From NCBI GenBank assembly GCA_965199715.1, contig OZ241322.1:736001-800000 (forward strand): DNA of 64,000 nt, given 5' to 3'. This stretch comes from Vicinamibacteria bacterium. GTDB taxonomy: Bacteria; Acidobacteriota; Vicinamibacteria; Marinacidobacterales; Marinacidobacteraceae. The notes beneath the pieces are model-generated. The model had not been told where the DNA came from. It was given only the letters and a program-made list of their open reading frames with translations, and did no database searches. This document shows positions 1-9,877 of the stretch, piece after piece (within the stretch, counting starts at the first letter, position 1; the number at the start of each line of letters is the position of its first letter). The position numbers and the translations under genes are program-made.

Positions 1-818
1 AGCAGCTCCTCGCCGGCGCCGGGATCGTCCATGCGCACGTCCAGGTCGGCGGCCGCCCGCGCCGGCACCACGTTGGTCCGGCTCCCGCCGCGCACCAGTC
101 CCACGTTCACGGTCACGCCGCTCGGCGGATCCGAGAGCGCGGCCGCCCGCCCCAGCAGCGGCGCCAGCTCGCAGATCGCGTTGATCCCGTTCTCGGGATC
201 GAGTCCGGCGTGCGCGGCGCGGCCCTCCACCTCGACGCGCATCATGCCGACGCCGCGCCGGAAGGTCTTCGCGCCCCCGCCGGGCAGCGACGGCTCCATC
301 ACCAGACACACGCCCGACGCTTGCGCTTCGCGTTCGATGAGGCTGCGGCTGGACACGCTCCCGACCTCTTCGTCCGCGTTCCACACGATCGTGATCGGAC
401 GCCGCGGCGAAACCCCGAGCGCCTCGAGCGCGCGCAGCGCCCAGATCGTCTGGACGAGCCCCGCCTTCATGTCGAAGACGCCGGGCCCCCGCGCGACCCC
501 CTCCCCGTCCACGCTCCACGGGATGCGCTCGAGCGTCCCGATCGGCCAGACCGTGTCCAGATGGCCGAGCAGGAGCGCCGGCTTCTCGTCGGAGTCCGCG
601 CCGGGAAGCCGGGCCACGAGATGGTCGCCCCGGGGAACGTCTCCTTCGGGCGCGACGAACGCGACCGTGCCCTCGGGAAGCTCCCCGGCGGCCATCCGGC
701 CCATGGCCCGCATGGCCGCCGGATCGTCGCTCGGCGACTCCAGCCGGACGAACCGCTCGAGCGTATCGACGAGCGCCGACCGGCGCGCGGTCAGCCAGTC
801 GAGGATCGGGGCGGCGCT
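1..818 (-). CDS. M20 family metallopeptidase (carboxypeptidase G2-like), 3' end runs off the window; start codon uncertain
   Basis: Minus-strand translation reads ...LERFVRLESPSDDP...LLGHLDTVWP...GPGVFDMKAG...GVTVNVGLVRGGSRTNVVP. Not in the ORF track because there is no stop in the window. Confidence 0.85.
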
Positions 819-2559
819 ACTCGACGAGCTGATTCCTTACCTCCCGGAGCACCTCGAGCCGCTGGGCCAGCGCCGGATCCTGGGCTCCGAGCTCGACGGC
901 CTTCTGGTACTGGGTCCACGCCTCGTCCACGCGGGCGTAGTCGGCCTCGGAGGCCGGGCAGCCGACCTGCGCCGCCTGGAGCCGCTCGCCGAACGCCGCG
1001 TCCTTCAGCCGGCAGGTTCCGTACTGGACCTGCGCGGCGTGGGACCACGCGAGGCCGCGGAACGGCTCGCCCCACGTATCGATCCGTTGAGTGGCCTCCA
1101 TGAAGTGGGTCTCGGCGCCGGGGAAGTTGTTCGACGCGAGATACGCCTGCCCGAGCGCCCAGTGGCCCATGCCGAGGTCCGTCGGATCGCCGTCGGCCGG
1201 ATACGCCGGAAGCGCCGACTCGAGCATCGCGGTCGCCTCCGCGAGATTCTGGTTGACCGCGAGCGCGATGCCGTACTCCACCCGGTACACCGGGTTCTCC
1301 GAGTCGCCGTTCACCGCCTCCTGCGCCGCCATGAGCGCGCCCGCGAGATCCTGCGCCTGCCGTTTCGCCTTGGCGCTCGAGTAGTTCGCGAGCGCGAGGC
1401 CGGCCGTCGCCGACTCCGAGCCCGGGGCGGCGGCGAGCGCCATGTTCATGTGCTCGATCGCCTGGTCGTAGGCCAGCTCGGTAATTGCGAACCGCCCGAG
1501 CGCCTCGTGCGCCATCGCCCGCGACATCGGCGGCGAGTTCGGCAGCGACGCGACCTTCTGGTAGTAGGTCTTGGCCTGCGAGACGTTCTCCTGCGCCTCG
1601 TACACCTGCGCGAAGGCGAGGTTGGCGGCCGGATCGTCCGCGTTCACGGTGATCGCCATGGCGAGGTCGCCGTAGGCCTCCTGCTGGTTGCCCAGCGCGT
1701 TGTTCGCGAGGCCCCGGATTCCATAGGCCGCGGTGAGCTGGTCGTTCCGGCTGAGCGCCTCGGTCGCGGACGCGACGGCGTTCTCGAAGTCGTCGCGGGC
1801 GAAGAAGATCTCGGCGAGGCCCGCGTGCGCCCGGGCGATCTCCGGATCCAGCTCGACGGCGCGGCGGTACGAGGCCTCGGCGGTGTCCCAATCCTCGGCG
1901 GCGGCGGCCGCCTGGCCGAGCGTGGAGTGCGCGAGCGCGCTGTCCGGCGCCATCGAAAGCGCCTGCTCGGCCATCCGCGAGGCGTCCTCGAACCGGCCCT
2001 GCCGCGCCATGCTGGACCCGAGCCCGAGGTAGATCTCGACCGGCGGGTTCGGGTTCAGCTCCAGGACCTTCTCGCCCGCAATGATCGACTTGAGGTCGTT
2101 CTCGAGGCTCGAATACGCGGTCGTGAGCGTGGTCCACGCCTCGAGGATCTCAGCGTCGTCCTCGACGTTCTCGATCGCCCAGCCGTCCACGTCCTCTTCC
2201 TCGGAAGGCGCGTCGGTCATCAGCGCCGCCTCGTAGGCCCCGGCCGCGTTCTCCCACTCCTCGAACCCGGCGTAGATGCGGGCGAGGCGCAGCCGGAGGT
2301 CGCGGCGGTACGGGTGGTCGGTGAGGATGCGCAAGTACCAGCCGCCCGCCTCGCTCCACGCGGCGTTCGCGGCCTCGGCCTCGCCGTCCCGCTCGGCGCG
2401 CTCCGCCTCCTCCTCCTTCTCCTCGGCGAGATCGATCGCCCGATCCACCTCGCGGCGGTTCAGCGGATCCTCGTCCTGCGCGACCGCGAGCGACGCGCCG
2501 AAGCCGAGAACGAGCGCGGCCGCGAGCCAGCGGGCCGCCCGAGAATGCTTCAAAGTCAT
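817..2559 (-). CDS. Secreted tetratricopeptide-repeat (TPR) protein
   Basis: Signal peptide MTLKHSRAARWLAAALVLGFGASLAVA; many TPR motifs (A..ALELDP...AHAGLA); GGAGG SD before ATG 2559. Confidence 0.85.
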   Translation of the reverse strand: MTLKHSRAARWLAAALVLGFGASLAVAQDEDPLNRREVDRAIDLAEEKEEEAERAERDGEAEAANAAWSEAGGWYLRILTDHPYRRDLRLRLARIYAGFEEWENAAGAYEAALMTDAPSEEEDVDGWAIENVEDDAEILEAWTTLTTAYSSLENDLKSIIAGEKVLELNPNPPVEIYLGLGSSMARQGRFEDASRMAEQALSMAPDSALAHSTLGQAAAAAEDWDTAEASYRRAVELDPEIARAHAGLAEIFFARDDFENAVASATEALSRNDQLTAAYGIRGLANNALGNQQEAYGDLAMAITVNADDPAANLAFAQVYEAQENVSQAKTYYQKVASLPNSPPMSRAMAHEALGRFAITELAYDQAIEHMNMALAAAPGSESATAGLALANYSSAKAKRQAQDLAGALMAAQEAVNGDSENPVYRVEYGIALAVNQNLAEATAMLESALPAYPADGDPTDLGMGHWALGQAYLASNNFPGAETHFMEATQRIDTWGEPFRGLAWSHAAQVQYGTCRLKDAAFGERLQAAQVGCPASEADYARVDEAWTQYQKAVELGAQDPALAQRLEVLREVRNQLVE

Positions 2560-2660
2560 GGGAGTCCTCCACCGCGCGCCTCCTCGCGGAAGCGGACGCG
2601 CCCCCAAAGGATACAGAACCCCGGAGGCGCCCTCCCAACCGCCTAGAATCGCCGCGCCCG

Positions 2661-4148
2661 ATGGACCGCTTCTACCTCACGACCGCCATCGACTACGTGA
2701 ACTCGAGGCCCCACCTCGGCACCGCCTACGAAAAAATCACCGCCGACGTGATCGCCCGCCACAAGCGGAGCCGGGGCGTCGAGACCCGTTTCCTCATGGG
2801 GAACGACGAGCATTCGGCGAACGTCAGGCGGAAGGCGGCGGAACTGGGGCTCGATCCGCTCGCCTACTGCGACCGGATGGAGGACGCCTTCCGCGAGGTC
2901 TGGAGCGGCCTCCAGATCTCGTTCGACGACTTCATCCGGACCACCGAGCCGCGCCACCACGCGGCGGTCCGGAAGCTGCTGACGCGCATCCGCGACGCGG
3001 GGGACATCTTCGAGGGGGTGTACGAGGGCTGGTACTGCGTCTCCTGCGAGTCCTTCAAGCAGGAGAAGGACCTCGTCGAGGGCGAGTGCCCGGTGCACCG
3101 CTCGAAGCCGGACTGGATCCGCGAGAAGAACCACTTCTTCCGGCTCTCGGCCTTCCGCGACCGCCTGATGCGGCTCTACGGGGAGCAGCCCCGCTTCCTC
3201 TCGCCCGAAATCCGGCGCAACGAGATGTGGAACGTGCTCGAGGGCGGCCTCGCCGACCTGTCGGTGAGCCGGCCCGGCTCGGGCTGGGGGATCCCGGTTC
3301 CCTTCGACGCCGACAGCGTCGTCTATGTCTGGTTCGACGCGCTCACGAACTACCTCGCGGCGACCGGCTACGGGACGGACGAGCCGGGCTGGGACGAGCA
3401 CTGGCCGGCGGACGTCCACATCGTCGGCAAGGACATCACCCGGTTCCACGCGGTGATCTGGCCGGCGATGCTCATGTCGGCGGGGCTGGCGCTTCCGCGG
3501 ATGGTCTTCGGCCACGGCTTCGTGAACTTCGAGGGCGAGCGGATGAGCAAGTCGCTCGGGAAGGTCGTGGATCCGCTCGAGGCGGCGGAGCATTTCGGGC
3601 CGGACGCGCTGCGCCTCTTCCTCGTCCGCGAAATCCACTACGGACAGGACGGCGATTTCTCGTGGGACCGCTTCGAGGCGCGCTACGACGCCGACCTCGC
3701 GAACTCGCTCGGCAACCTCGTGAGCCGGATCACGACCATGGCGAAACGGTATCGCGGCGGGCGCCTCGAGCCGTCCGGAAGGTCGGCCCTGCCCGGCCTC
3801 GTCGAGGAAGCGGTCCGCAATCACCTCGCCGCGATGGACGAATTCGCGCTCCACCGGGGGGCCGACGAGGCCTTCCGGATCGTGTCCGCGGTGAACGAGT
3901 TCCTGACCCAGCGCGCCCCGTGGAGGCTGGCGAAGGATCCGGAGGCCGCCGAGGCGCTCGACGAGGCGCTCTACGAGGCCGCCGAGGCGACCCGGGTGGC
4001 CGCGGCGCTGCTCGCCCCGGTCATGCCGGGATCCGCCGCGCGCATCCTCGAGCGGTTCGGGGGCGGCGCGACGACCGGCTTCCGGACCGACCGCGCGCTC
4101 GCGACCTCGGTGGGCGAGCCGCTCTGGCCCCGGCTGAAGTCCCGTTAG
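2661..4148 (+). CDS. metG: Methionine--tRNA ligase (short form, no C-terminal tRNA-binding domain)
   Basis: FYLTTAIDYVNSRPHLG (HIGH-like), YCVSCE knuckle, YVWFDAL, GKDITRFH, RMSKS (KMSKS-like). Confidence 0.95.
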   Translation: MDRFYLTTAIDYVNSRPHLGTAYEKITADVIARHKRSRGVETRFLMGNDEHSANVRRKAAELGLDPLAYCDRMEDAFREVWSGLQISFDDFIRTTEPRHHAAVRKLLTRIRDAGDIFEGVYEGWYCVSCESFKQEKDLVEGECPVHRSKPDWIREKNHFFRLSAFRDRLMRLYGEQPRFLSPEIRRNEMWNVLEGGLADLSVSRPGSGWGIPVPFDADSVVYVWFDALTNYLAATGYGTDEPGWDEHWPADVHIVGKDITRFHAVIWPAMLMSAGLALPRMVFGHGFVNFEGERMSKSLGKVVDPLEAAEHFGPDALRLFLVREIHYGQDGDFSWDRFEARYDADLANSLGNLVSRITTMAKRYRGGRLEPSGRSALPGLVEEAVRNHLAAMDEFALHRGADEAFRIVSAVNEFLTQRAPWRLAKDPEAAEALDEALYEAAEATRVAAALLAPVMPGSAARILERFGGGATTGFRTDRALATSVGEPLWPRLKSR

Positions 4149-5002
4149 CGGGACGTGGCCAGCGACTTCTCGAACGCGGCGATCGTGATCGCCGCCCGCC
4201 GGGCCACCAGCGCGTGGCCGTTGGCGACCGTCTCCTCGAGCGGGTCCAGCGGAACCCCGTTGATCGCAAAGAGTCCGGCGTCGCGCCGCTCGCGGGTCCG
4301 GATCGAGCCGGGATCGACCGTGGCCATGATCGCGTCGTAGTGGTAGTCGTCGTGGATCCCCGCCCGCGAGGCCGACTGGACGTCGGGCTCCTGGCGCACG
4401 CCGAGCTCCTTGAGCTGCTCGAAGCTCCACAGGTCTTCCGCGTAGTACTCGGGGACGTGGTGCAGCCGCGTTCCCGGATGCGGCGGATCGGCGTTCCACC
4501 GCTCGGCCACCGCGGCCATGCCCCGCTGGTTGCCGCCGCTGTCCCCGATCAGGAGCACGTCGGCGAAGCCGCTGACCGCGAGGCTGCGGCTCACGTCGTG
4601 GACGACCATCTCGAAGGTCTCGCGGCTCAGGCCGATCGTGCCCGGAAACCGCATGTGGCCCGACGGCGGATCGTGGTCGCCTTCGGGAACCAGCTTGACG
4701 ATCGGCGCGACGAGCGCGTTCCCGAGCCGGCGGGCGATGGCCTCGGTGGTGGCCCGCAGGACGACGTTGTGCTTCCCGGTGACCACGAACGGCCCGTTCT
4801 GCTCGATCCCGCCGGTGGCCACGATCGCGGTCGTGGCGCCGCCGGCGATCCGGTCGCGCACCTCCATCCACGTCAATTCCTCGAGGAACACGCTGTCGTG
4901 GGCCTCGATCGGCCGCTCGGCGTCGAGCGCGTTCCACGGGTGGTCGCCGCCGCCTCCGCAGGCGAGCGGCGCGGCGAGGAGAAGCGGCAGGAACCGGTTC
5001 AT
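4145..5002 (-). CDS. Creatininase family protein, probable lipoprotein
   Basis: MNRFLPLLLAAPLAC lipobox; LEELTWMEV, TGGIEQNGP, GDSGGNQ motifs. Confidence 0.85.
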   Translation of the reverse strand: MNRFLPLLLAAPLACGGGGDHPWNALDAERPIEAHDSVFLEELTWMEVRDRIAGGATTAIVATGGIEQNGPFVVTGKHNVVLRATTEAIARRLGNALVAPIVKLVPEGDHDPPSGHMRFPGTIGLSRETFEMVVHDVSRSLAVSGFADVLLIGDSGGNQRGMAAVAERWNADPPHPGTRLHHVPEYYAEDLWSFEQLKELGVRQEPDVQSASRAGIHDDYHYDAIMATVDPGSIRTRERRDAGLFAINGVPLDPLEETVANGHALVARRAAITIAAFEKSLATSR

Positions 5003-5040
5003 CCGACCAGTGTCCCGGACGGCGCCCGCCGCCGCAACCG

Positions 5041-6108
5041 TCAATCGGGCGGGAAGGCCGCGACCGGCCCGCGGACGGCGAGGCCGACCCGCTGGCCGGC
5101 CCGGAGCAGGCCCTGCCACGTCTCGGTCGCGGGAACCCGTATCGTCACCTCGGCGCCCGACGGCAGCCGCGCCCCGAGCAACTGGAACGCCCCGTGGAAG
5201 CTCGCCCGGGTCAGGACCGCGACCACCCGGCCCGGGCCCGCGGCGCCCATGAACGGCTCGATCTCGAAGCGGTCCAGCGGGAGCAGCACCCGGACCGGGC
5301 CGGCGGGCGCGGGCGAGGCGAGCTCGATGCGGCCGAACTCGCATGCGGCGGACGCGCCGTCGCTCGTCGCCGGAATCAGGTTCGTCTCGCCGAGAAACCG
5401 CGCCGCCTCGGGGCTGCCCGGGTTGCGGGCCAGCTCCTCGGGCTTCCCCTCCCCGCGCACCCGGCCGTCCAGCAGCAGCGCGACGCGGTCGGCCAGCGAG
5501 AAGGCTTCCTCCCGGTCGTGCGTCACGAGGACCGCCGTGGTTCCGAGCTGGCGCAGCAGCGCGGCCACCTCCTCCCGCACCCCGGCGCGGAGCGCGGCGT
5601 CCAGATTCGAGAACGGCTCGTCGAGAAGGAGGAGCGACGGCCGGGGAGCGAGCGCCCGCGCCAGCGCGACCCGCTGCTGCTCCCCGCCCGAAAGCCGGTC
5701 GGGCCGCCGGTAGGCGACCTCGGAAAGGCCGAGCGACTGGAGCGCGCCCCACGCGCGGGTGAGGCCCGCCGGCCCGGGCACGCCGAACGCGACGTTCCGC
5801 AGCGCGCTCAGGTGCGGGAAGAGCGCGTAGTCCTGGAAGACGATCCCCACGCGGCGCCGCTCCGGCGGAACGAAGACCGTCGGCCCGGTCACCTCCCGCC
5901 CGAACAGCCGGATGGTCCCCGCGTCCGCGGTCTCGAGACCGCAGATCATCCGCAGCAGGGTCGTCTTGCCGCCGCCGCTCGGTCCGAGGAGCGCGGTCAC
6001 GCCCCCCGGCGCGATCGTGAGGTCCAGGTCCGCGACGACGTTCCGGCCGCCGTCCGACGCGAAATTGCGCGAGAGCCGCCGAATCTCGAGGGCGGGAACC
6101 GAGGCCAT
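5041..6108 (-). CDS. Fe3+ ABC transporter ATP-binding subunit (FbpC-like)
   Basis: GPSGGGKTT, LSGGEQQRVALARAL, LLLDEPFSNLD; operon with permease and SBP. Confidence 0.9.
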   Translation of the reverse strand: MASVPALEIRRLSRNFASDGGRNVVADLDLTIAPGGVTALLGPSGGGKTTLLRMICGLETADAGTIRLFGREVTGPTVFVPPERRRVGIVFQDYALFPHLSALRNVAFGVPGPAGLTRAWGALQSLGLSEVAYRRPDRLSGGEQQRVALARALAPRPSLLLLDEPFSNLDAALRAGVREEVAALLRQLGTTAVLVTHDREEAFSLADRVALLLDGRVRGEGKPEELARNPGSPEAARFLGETNLIPATSDGASAACEFGRIELASPAPAGPVRVLLPLDRFEIEPFMGAAGPGRVVAVLTRASFHGAFQLLGARLPSGAEVTIRVPATETWQGLLRAGQRVGLAVRGPVAAFPPD

Positions 6109-6111
6109 GCC

Positions 6112-7692
6112 TCAGCCCACCCCCGGGCGCATCGGGCGGCCGGGACGGACGACGAACAGCAGCACGCTCGACGCGAGAAGCAGGAGGAGCAGCGAGGCGG
6201 CCGCCGCCCGCGCGAGCTCGACGTTCTCGGCGGCGCTCCACACCGTCGTTGCCAGCGTGCGGAATCCGGTCGGGGCGAGCATCAGGGTCGCGGGAAGCTC
6301 CTTGACGGTGGTCAGGAAGACGAGCGCGAGCGCCGCGAGGAAACCGGGTCGCAGAAGCGGCAGCGTGACCCGCAGGTGGCGGCGGAACCAGCCCGCCCCG
6401 AGCGCCCGCGCGGCGTCGTCGAGGCGCGGGCTGAGCGGAGCCAGCGTGGCCTCCAGCGGCGCGCACGCCTGCGGCAGCGAGTGGATGGCGTACGCGAAGA
6501 CGAGCAGACCGACCGTCTGGTACAGAAACGGGGCGAGCTGCACCGAAAAGTGCACGAGCGCGAGTCCGAGCACGAGACCGGGCAGGCCGAACCCGACGTG
6601 CGCGAGGCCGCGCAGGAGCGAGGACCGGCGGGACGGATATCGCGCCGCGAGGAACGCGACCGGAATCGCGAGCGCCGCGGTCACGACCGCGGCCAGCGCG
6701 GACGCGAGCCCGGTGCGTCCAAGCGCCGGAAGGAGCCCGGCCCCCGCCCCCGAAGGCGCCTGCCGCAGCCAGTAGAGACACACGCCGACCGGCAGCGCGA
6801 GCGCCGGAAGCAGCACCGAGGTCGCGAGCGCGAACGCCGGCCAGCGGAGCCGGCCGAGGCGCGTCGGGCGAGGCCGGCGCGCCCGCGCCGACGCGGTCGC
6901 TGGCGGCCCCGAGCGGAACCGCTCGACCCCGAACAGCAGGAGGAGCGCGACGAGCACCAGCAGGAGCGCGAGCCCCGCGGCGGTGTGGCGGTCGAGCGAG
7001 CCGCGGTACTGGTTGTAGATGGCCCAGGTGAACGTCTCGTACCGCAGCAGCGAGACCGCGCCGAAGTCGCTCAGGGTGTAGAGCGCGGCGAGCAGTCCGC
7101 CCGACCACAGGGGCCCCGCGATGAGCGGCAGCGTGATCTCGCGGAAACGCCGGAGCGCGCCCGCCCCGAGAACCCGCCCGGCGTCGTCCACCGCCTCGTC
7201 CATCACGGCGAGGCGCGCCCGCACCGCGAGAAACGCGTACGGGTAGTTGAGGACGCTCAGCACGAGGAGCGCGCCCGGGAATCCGTAGATCTCGGGAAGC
7301 CGCTCCCAGCCGGTCCACGGCTCGAGCAGCCGCTGGAGCAGGCCCCGCGGCCCGAGCGCGGTCGCGACCGCGAAGGCGGCCACGTAGGACGGCATCGCGA
7401 GCGGCGCCGCGAGCAGCCCGGTGAGCCACCGTCGCCCCGGCAGGTCGGTGCGCTCGGTGAGCCAAGCGAGCGCGAGCCCGAGGCCCGCCGAGGTCGTCGC
7501 CACCGAGGCCGCGAGCAGCGCGGTCCGCCCGGCGACGGCGAGGCTGCGAGGCCGCAGCAGGACCTCGGCGAGCCCGCCGCCGGAGAGCGCCCGCCATGCG
7601 AGGTAGAGCAGCGGCAGCAGGCACGCCGCCGCGACGACGATTCCCGACGCCCGGAGCAGTCGGGACGGCGTCCTCCGCCCCGCCTCGGCCAC
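6112..7692 (-). CDS. Fe3+ ABC transporter permease (FbpB-like, two EAA loops)
   Basis: PSYVAAF, YPYAFL, SDFGAVSLL, KELPATL motifs. Confidence 0.9.
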   Translation of the reverse strand: MAEAGRRTPSRLLRASGIVVAAACLLPLLYLAWRALSGGGLAEVLLRPRSLAVAGRTALLAASVATTSAGLGLALAWLTERTDLPGRRWLTGLLAAPLAMPSYVAAFAVATALGPRGLLQRLLEPWTGWERLPEIYGFPGALLVLSVLNYPYAFLAVRARLAVMDEAVDDAGRVLGAGALRRFREITLPLIAGPLWSGGLLAALYTLSDFGAVSLLRYETFTWAIYNQYRGSLDRHTAAGLALLLVLVALLLLFGVERFRSGPPATASARARRPRPTRLGRLRWPAFALATSVLLPALALPVGVCLYWLRQAPSGAGAGLLPALGRTGLASALAAVVTAALAIPVAFLAARYPSRRSSLLRGLAHVGFGLPGLVLGLALVHFSVQLAPFLYQTVGLLVFAYAIHSLPQACAPLEATLAPLSPRLDDAARALGAGWFRRHLRVTLPLLRPGFLAALALVFLTTVKELPATLMLAPTGFRTLATTVWSAAENVELARAAAASLLLLLLASSVLLFVVRPGRPMRPGVG

Positions 7693-7700
7693 TCAGCCGG

Positions 7701-8711
7701 TCAGATCGCCCCGACGTCGCGAAGCAGGTCGAGCGTGCCGCGCAGGTCGGCGATGTCGCCGAGCGGAAGGTCCGGCGGATCCAGCGTGGTCAACGGGGTG
7801 ACTCTCGGGTCCGTCGCGATCCCCGGGACGAGCGGATACTCGAACGTCTCGGCGGCGAACCGCGCCTGCGTCTCGTTCGAGAGCAGGAACGCGAGGAACC
7901 GCTCGGCCGCCGCCTGATCGGTCGTAGTGTCCACGACCCCGCCGCCCGAGATGTTGATGAGGCCTCCGGCGCCGCCGCCGCGGGGGGGAACGGTGCGGGC
8001 GGCGAAGGCGTCGCCCTGCTGGACGAGGAAGCGGAACAGGTAGTAGTGGTTCGACAGCGCGAGCTCGACCTCGCCGTCCGCGACCGCCTGGTAGATGGAG
8101 CTGTTGTTCGGGTAGGCGATCGGCTCGTTGGCGAGCATCCCCTCGAGCCACGCCCGGGCCGCGTCCTCGCCCTCGAGCACCCGAAGCGCGGTCACGAACG
8201 CCTGGAAGGAACCGTTCGTGGGCGCCCAGCCGATCCTCCCCTTCCACTTGGGGTCGGTGAGGCCCTCGACCGTCTCCGGCAAGTCCTCCGGAGCGAGCAA
8301 CTCGGTGTTGTACACGAAGACCCGGGCGCGACCGGTGGTGCCCACCCAGCGCCCGCCGGCGTCCTGGAACCGGGCCGGCACCCGTTCCCGAATGGAGGGC
8401 GGGAGCGGCAGCAGTCGCCCCTCTTCGGCGAGTTGACCGAGCGCCCCGGCATCCTGCCCATAATAGATGTCCGCGGGACTCTGGTCGCCTTCCTCCAGAA
8501 TCTGGGCGGCGAGGTCCGCGGTGCCGCCGTAGCGGACCTCGAGCCGGATCCCCGTCTCCTGCTCGAAGGCGACCACGACCGGCCCCACGAGCGACTCGCC
8601 GCGGCCCGAATACACCGTGAGCGTCCGCTCGTCTTCCGGAGCCGCGCACCCGCCGAGGAACGCAAGGGACAGAATCCCCGTCAGAAGGATGCGCGAGGGC
8701 AACTTGAACAT
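7701..8711 (-). CDS. Fe3+ ABC transporter substrate-binding lipoprotein (FbpA-like)
   Basis: Lipobox LGGC; LTVYSGR, WAPTNGSFQAF, NHYYL iron-binding motif. Confidence 0.9.
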   Translation of the reverse strand: MFKLPSRILLTGILSLAFLGGCAAPEDERTLTVYSGRGESLVGPVVVAFEQETGIRLEVRYGGTADLAAQILEEGDQSPADIYYGQDAGALGQLAEEGRLLPLPPSIRERVPARFQDAGGRWVGTTGRARVFVYNTELLAPEDLPETVEGLTDPKWKGRIGWAPTNGSFQAFVTALRVLEGEDAARAWLEGMLANEPIAYPNNSSIYQAVADGEVELALSNHYYLFRFLVQQGDAFAARTVPPRGGGAGGLINISGGGVVDTTTDQAAAERFLAFLLSNETQARFAAETFEYPLVPGIATDPRVTPLTTLDPPDLPLGDIADLRGTLDLLRDVGAI

Positions 8712-8741
8712 GGATCCGGAACCTCCTCGGAACGCCTTGTT

Positions 8742-8758
8742 TTGAAAACGGATTTCAA
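8742..8758. promoter_or_regulatory. Fur-like operator palindrome TTGAAA-N5-TTTCAA
   Basis: AT-rich inverted repeat about 30 bp upstream of the iron SBP start in a GC-rich genome. Confidence 0.6.
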
Positions 8759-8800
8759 TATCATACTATGGAACGCGGCTTGCGTTCGGGACGACGGACC

Positions 8801-9877
8801 ATGACCAACGCCGCGCTGCTTCTCCTCGCGACCCTCGCCCCGCAGATCGAACTCGAGCGGCGCGTCGGCGCCGTCTTCCGGATCGCGAACCCGTCGGTCG
8901 TGAACATCACCGCCCGCAGCCAGGGGTTCAACTGGTTCCAGGGACCGGTCACCCAGGAGGGAACCGGCAGCGGGTTCGTGTTCGACCGCTCGGGACACGT
9001 GGTCACGAACTATCACGTCATCGGCGGCGCCGAGGAGCTGGACGTCTCGTTCGCCGACGGCGAGATCCGCAGCGCGACGCTCGTGGGGGCCGACGCCTCG
9101 AACGACCTCGCGGTGATCCGGGTCGAGGGCGACCCGACCGGCCTCGTCCCGCTCGAGATGGGCGATTCCGAGAGCCTCGAGGTGGGACGGTTCGTCGTGG
9201 CCGTCGGGCATCCCTTCGGGCTGGAGCAGACGCTCACGACCGGCGTGGTGAGCGGCCTCGGGCGGGTCATGGAGAGCCCGGACCAACGCTTCATCGGCGA
9301 GATCATCCAGACCGACGCGGCCATCAACCAGGGGAACTCCGGGGGCCCGCTCCTCGACCTCGACGGGAAGGTGGTCGGCGTGAACAGCGCGATCATCAGC
9401 CCGAGCGGCGCGTCCGCCGGGGTCGGCTTCGCGATCCCCGCCTCCACGGTGAACCGGGTCGTCCCCGAGCTCGTCCGCAACGGGCGCTACTCCCATCCCC
9501 ACCTCGGGGTCTCGTTCGCGGCGATCCGGCCGGCGCTCGCCCGCAGCCTGAATCGGGCCGGCGTGGACGCTCCCGACGACGGCGGCCTGATGATTCGCAG
9601 TCTGGTGCGCGGCGGCCCGGCCGAGGAGGCGGGGCTGCGCGGCGCGGACCGGGTCGGACGGATCGGCCGGTCGCGGTTCCCCTACGGCGGGGACTACGTG
9701 GTCTCGATCGACGGCGTGGAGGTCGCGAGCGAACGCGACCTGATGGTCCTCCTCGAGACCCGCTACCGCGTGGACGACGAGGTGGAGCTCGGCTACTGGC
9801 GGGACGGCGGGGTGCGCACGGCGCGGGTCCGGCTCATGGACCGGGAGGCGATCCGGCGGCGCCCCCGGCGGCGGTAG
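8801..9877 (+). CDS. HtrA/DegP-like S1C serine protease with PDZ domain
   Basis: GTGSGF, VTNYHV, DLAVIR, QTDAAINQGNSGGPL; C-terminal PDZ. Confidence 0.92.
   Translation: MTNAALLLLATLAPQIELERRVGAVFRIANPSVVNITARSQGFNWFQGPVTQEGTGSGFVFDRSGHVVTNYHVIGGAEELDVSFADGEIRSATLVGADASNDLAVIRVEGDPTGLVPLEMGDSESLEVGRFVVAVGHPFGLEQTLTTGVVSGLGRVMESPDQRFIGEIIQTDAAINQGNSGGPLLDLDGKVVGVNSAIISPSGASAGVGFAIPASTVNRVVPELVRNGRYSHPHLGVSFAAIRPALARSLNRAGVDAPDDGGLMIRSLVRGGPAEEAGLRGADRVGRIGRSRFPYGGDYVVSIDGVEVASERDLMVLLETRYRVDDEVELGYWRDGGVRTARVRLMDREAIRRRPRRR

Noticed and set aside
31-7917. Very long ORFs such as 31..2646, 2276..5713 and 5194..7917, and similar ones elsewhere (e.g. 29696..33082, 52974..55358)
   Set aside because: Arg/Pro/Gly-rich shadow frames of real genes, caused by high GC3; no family motifs.
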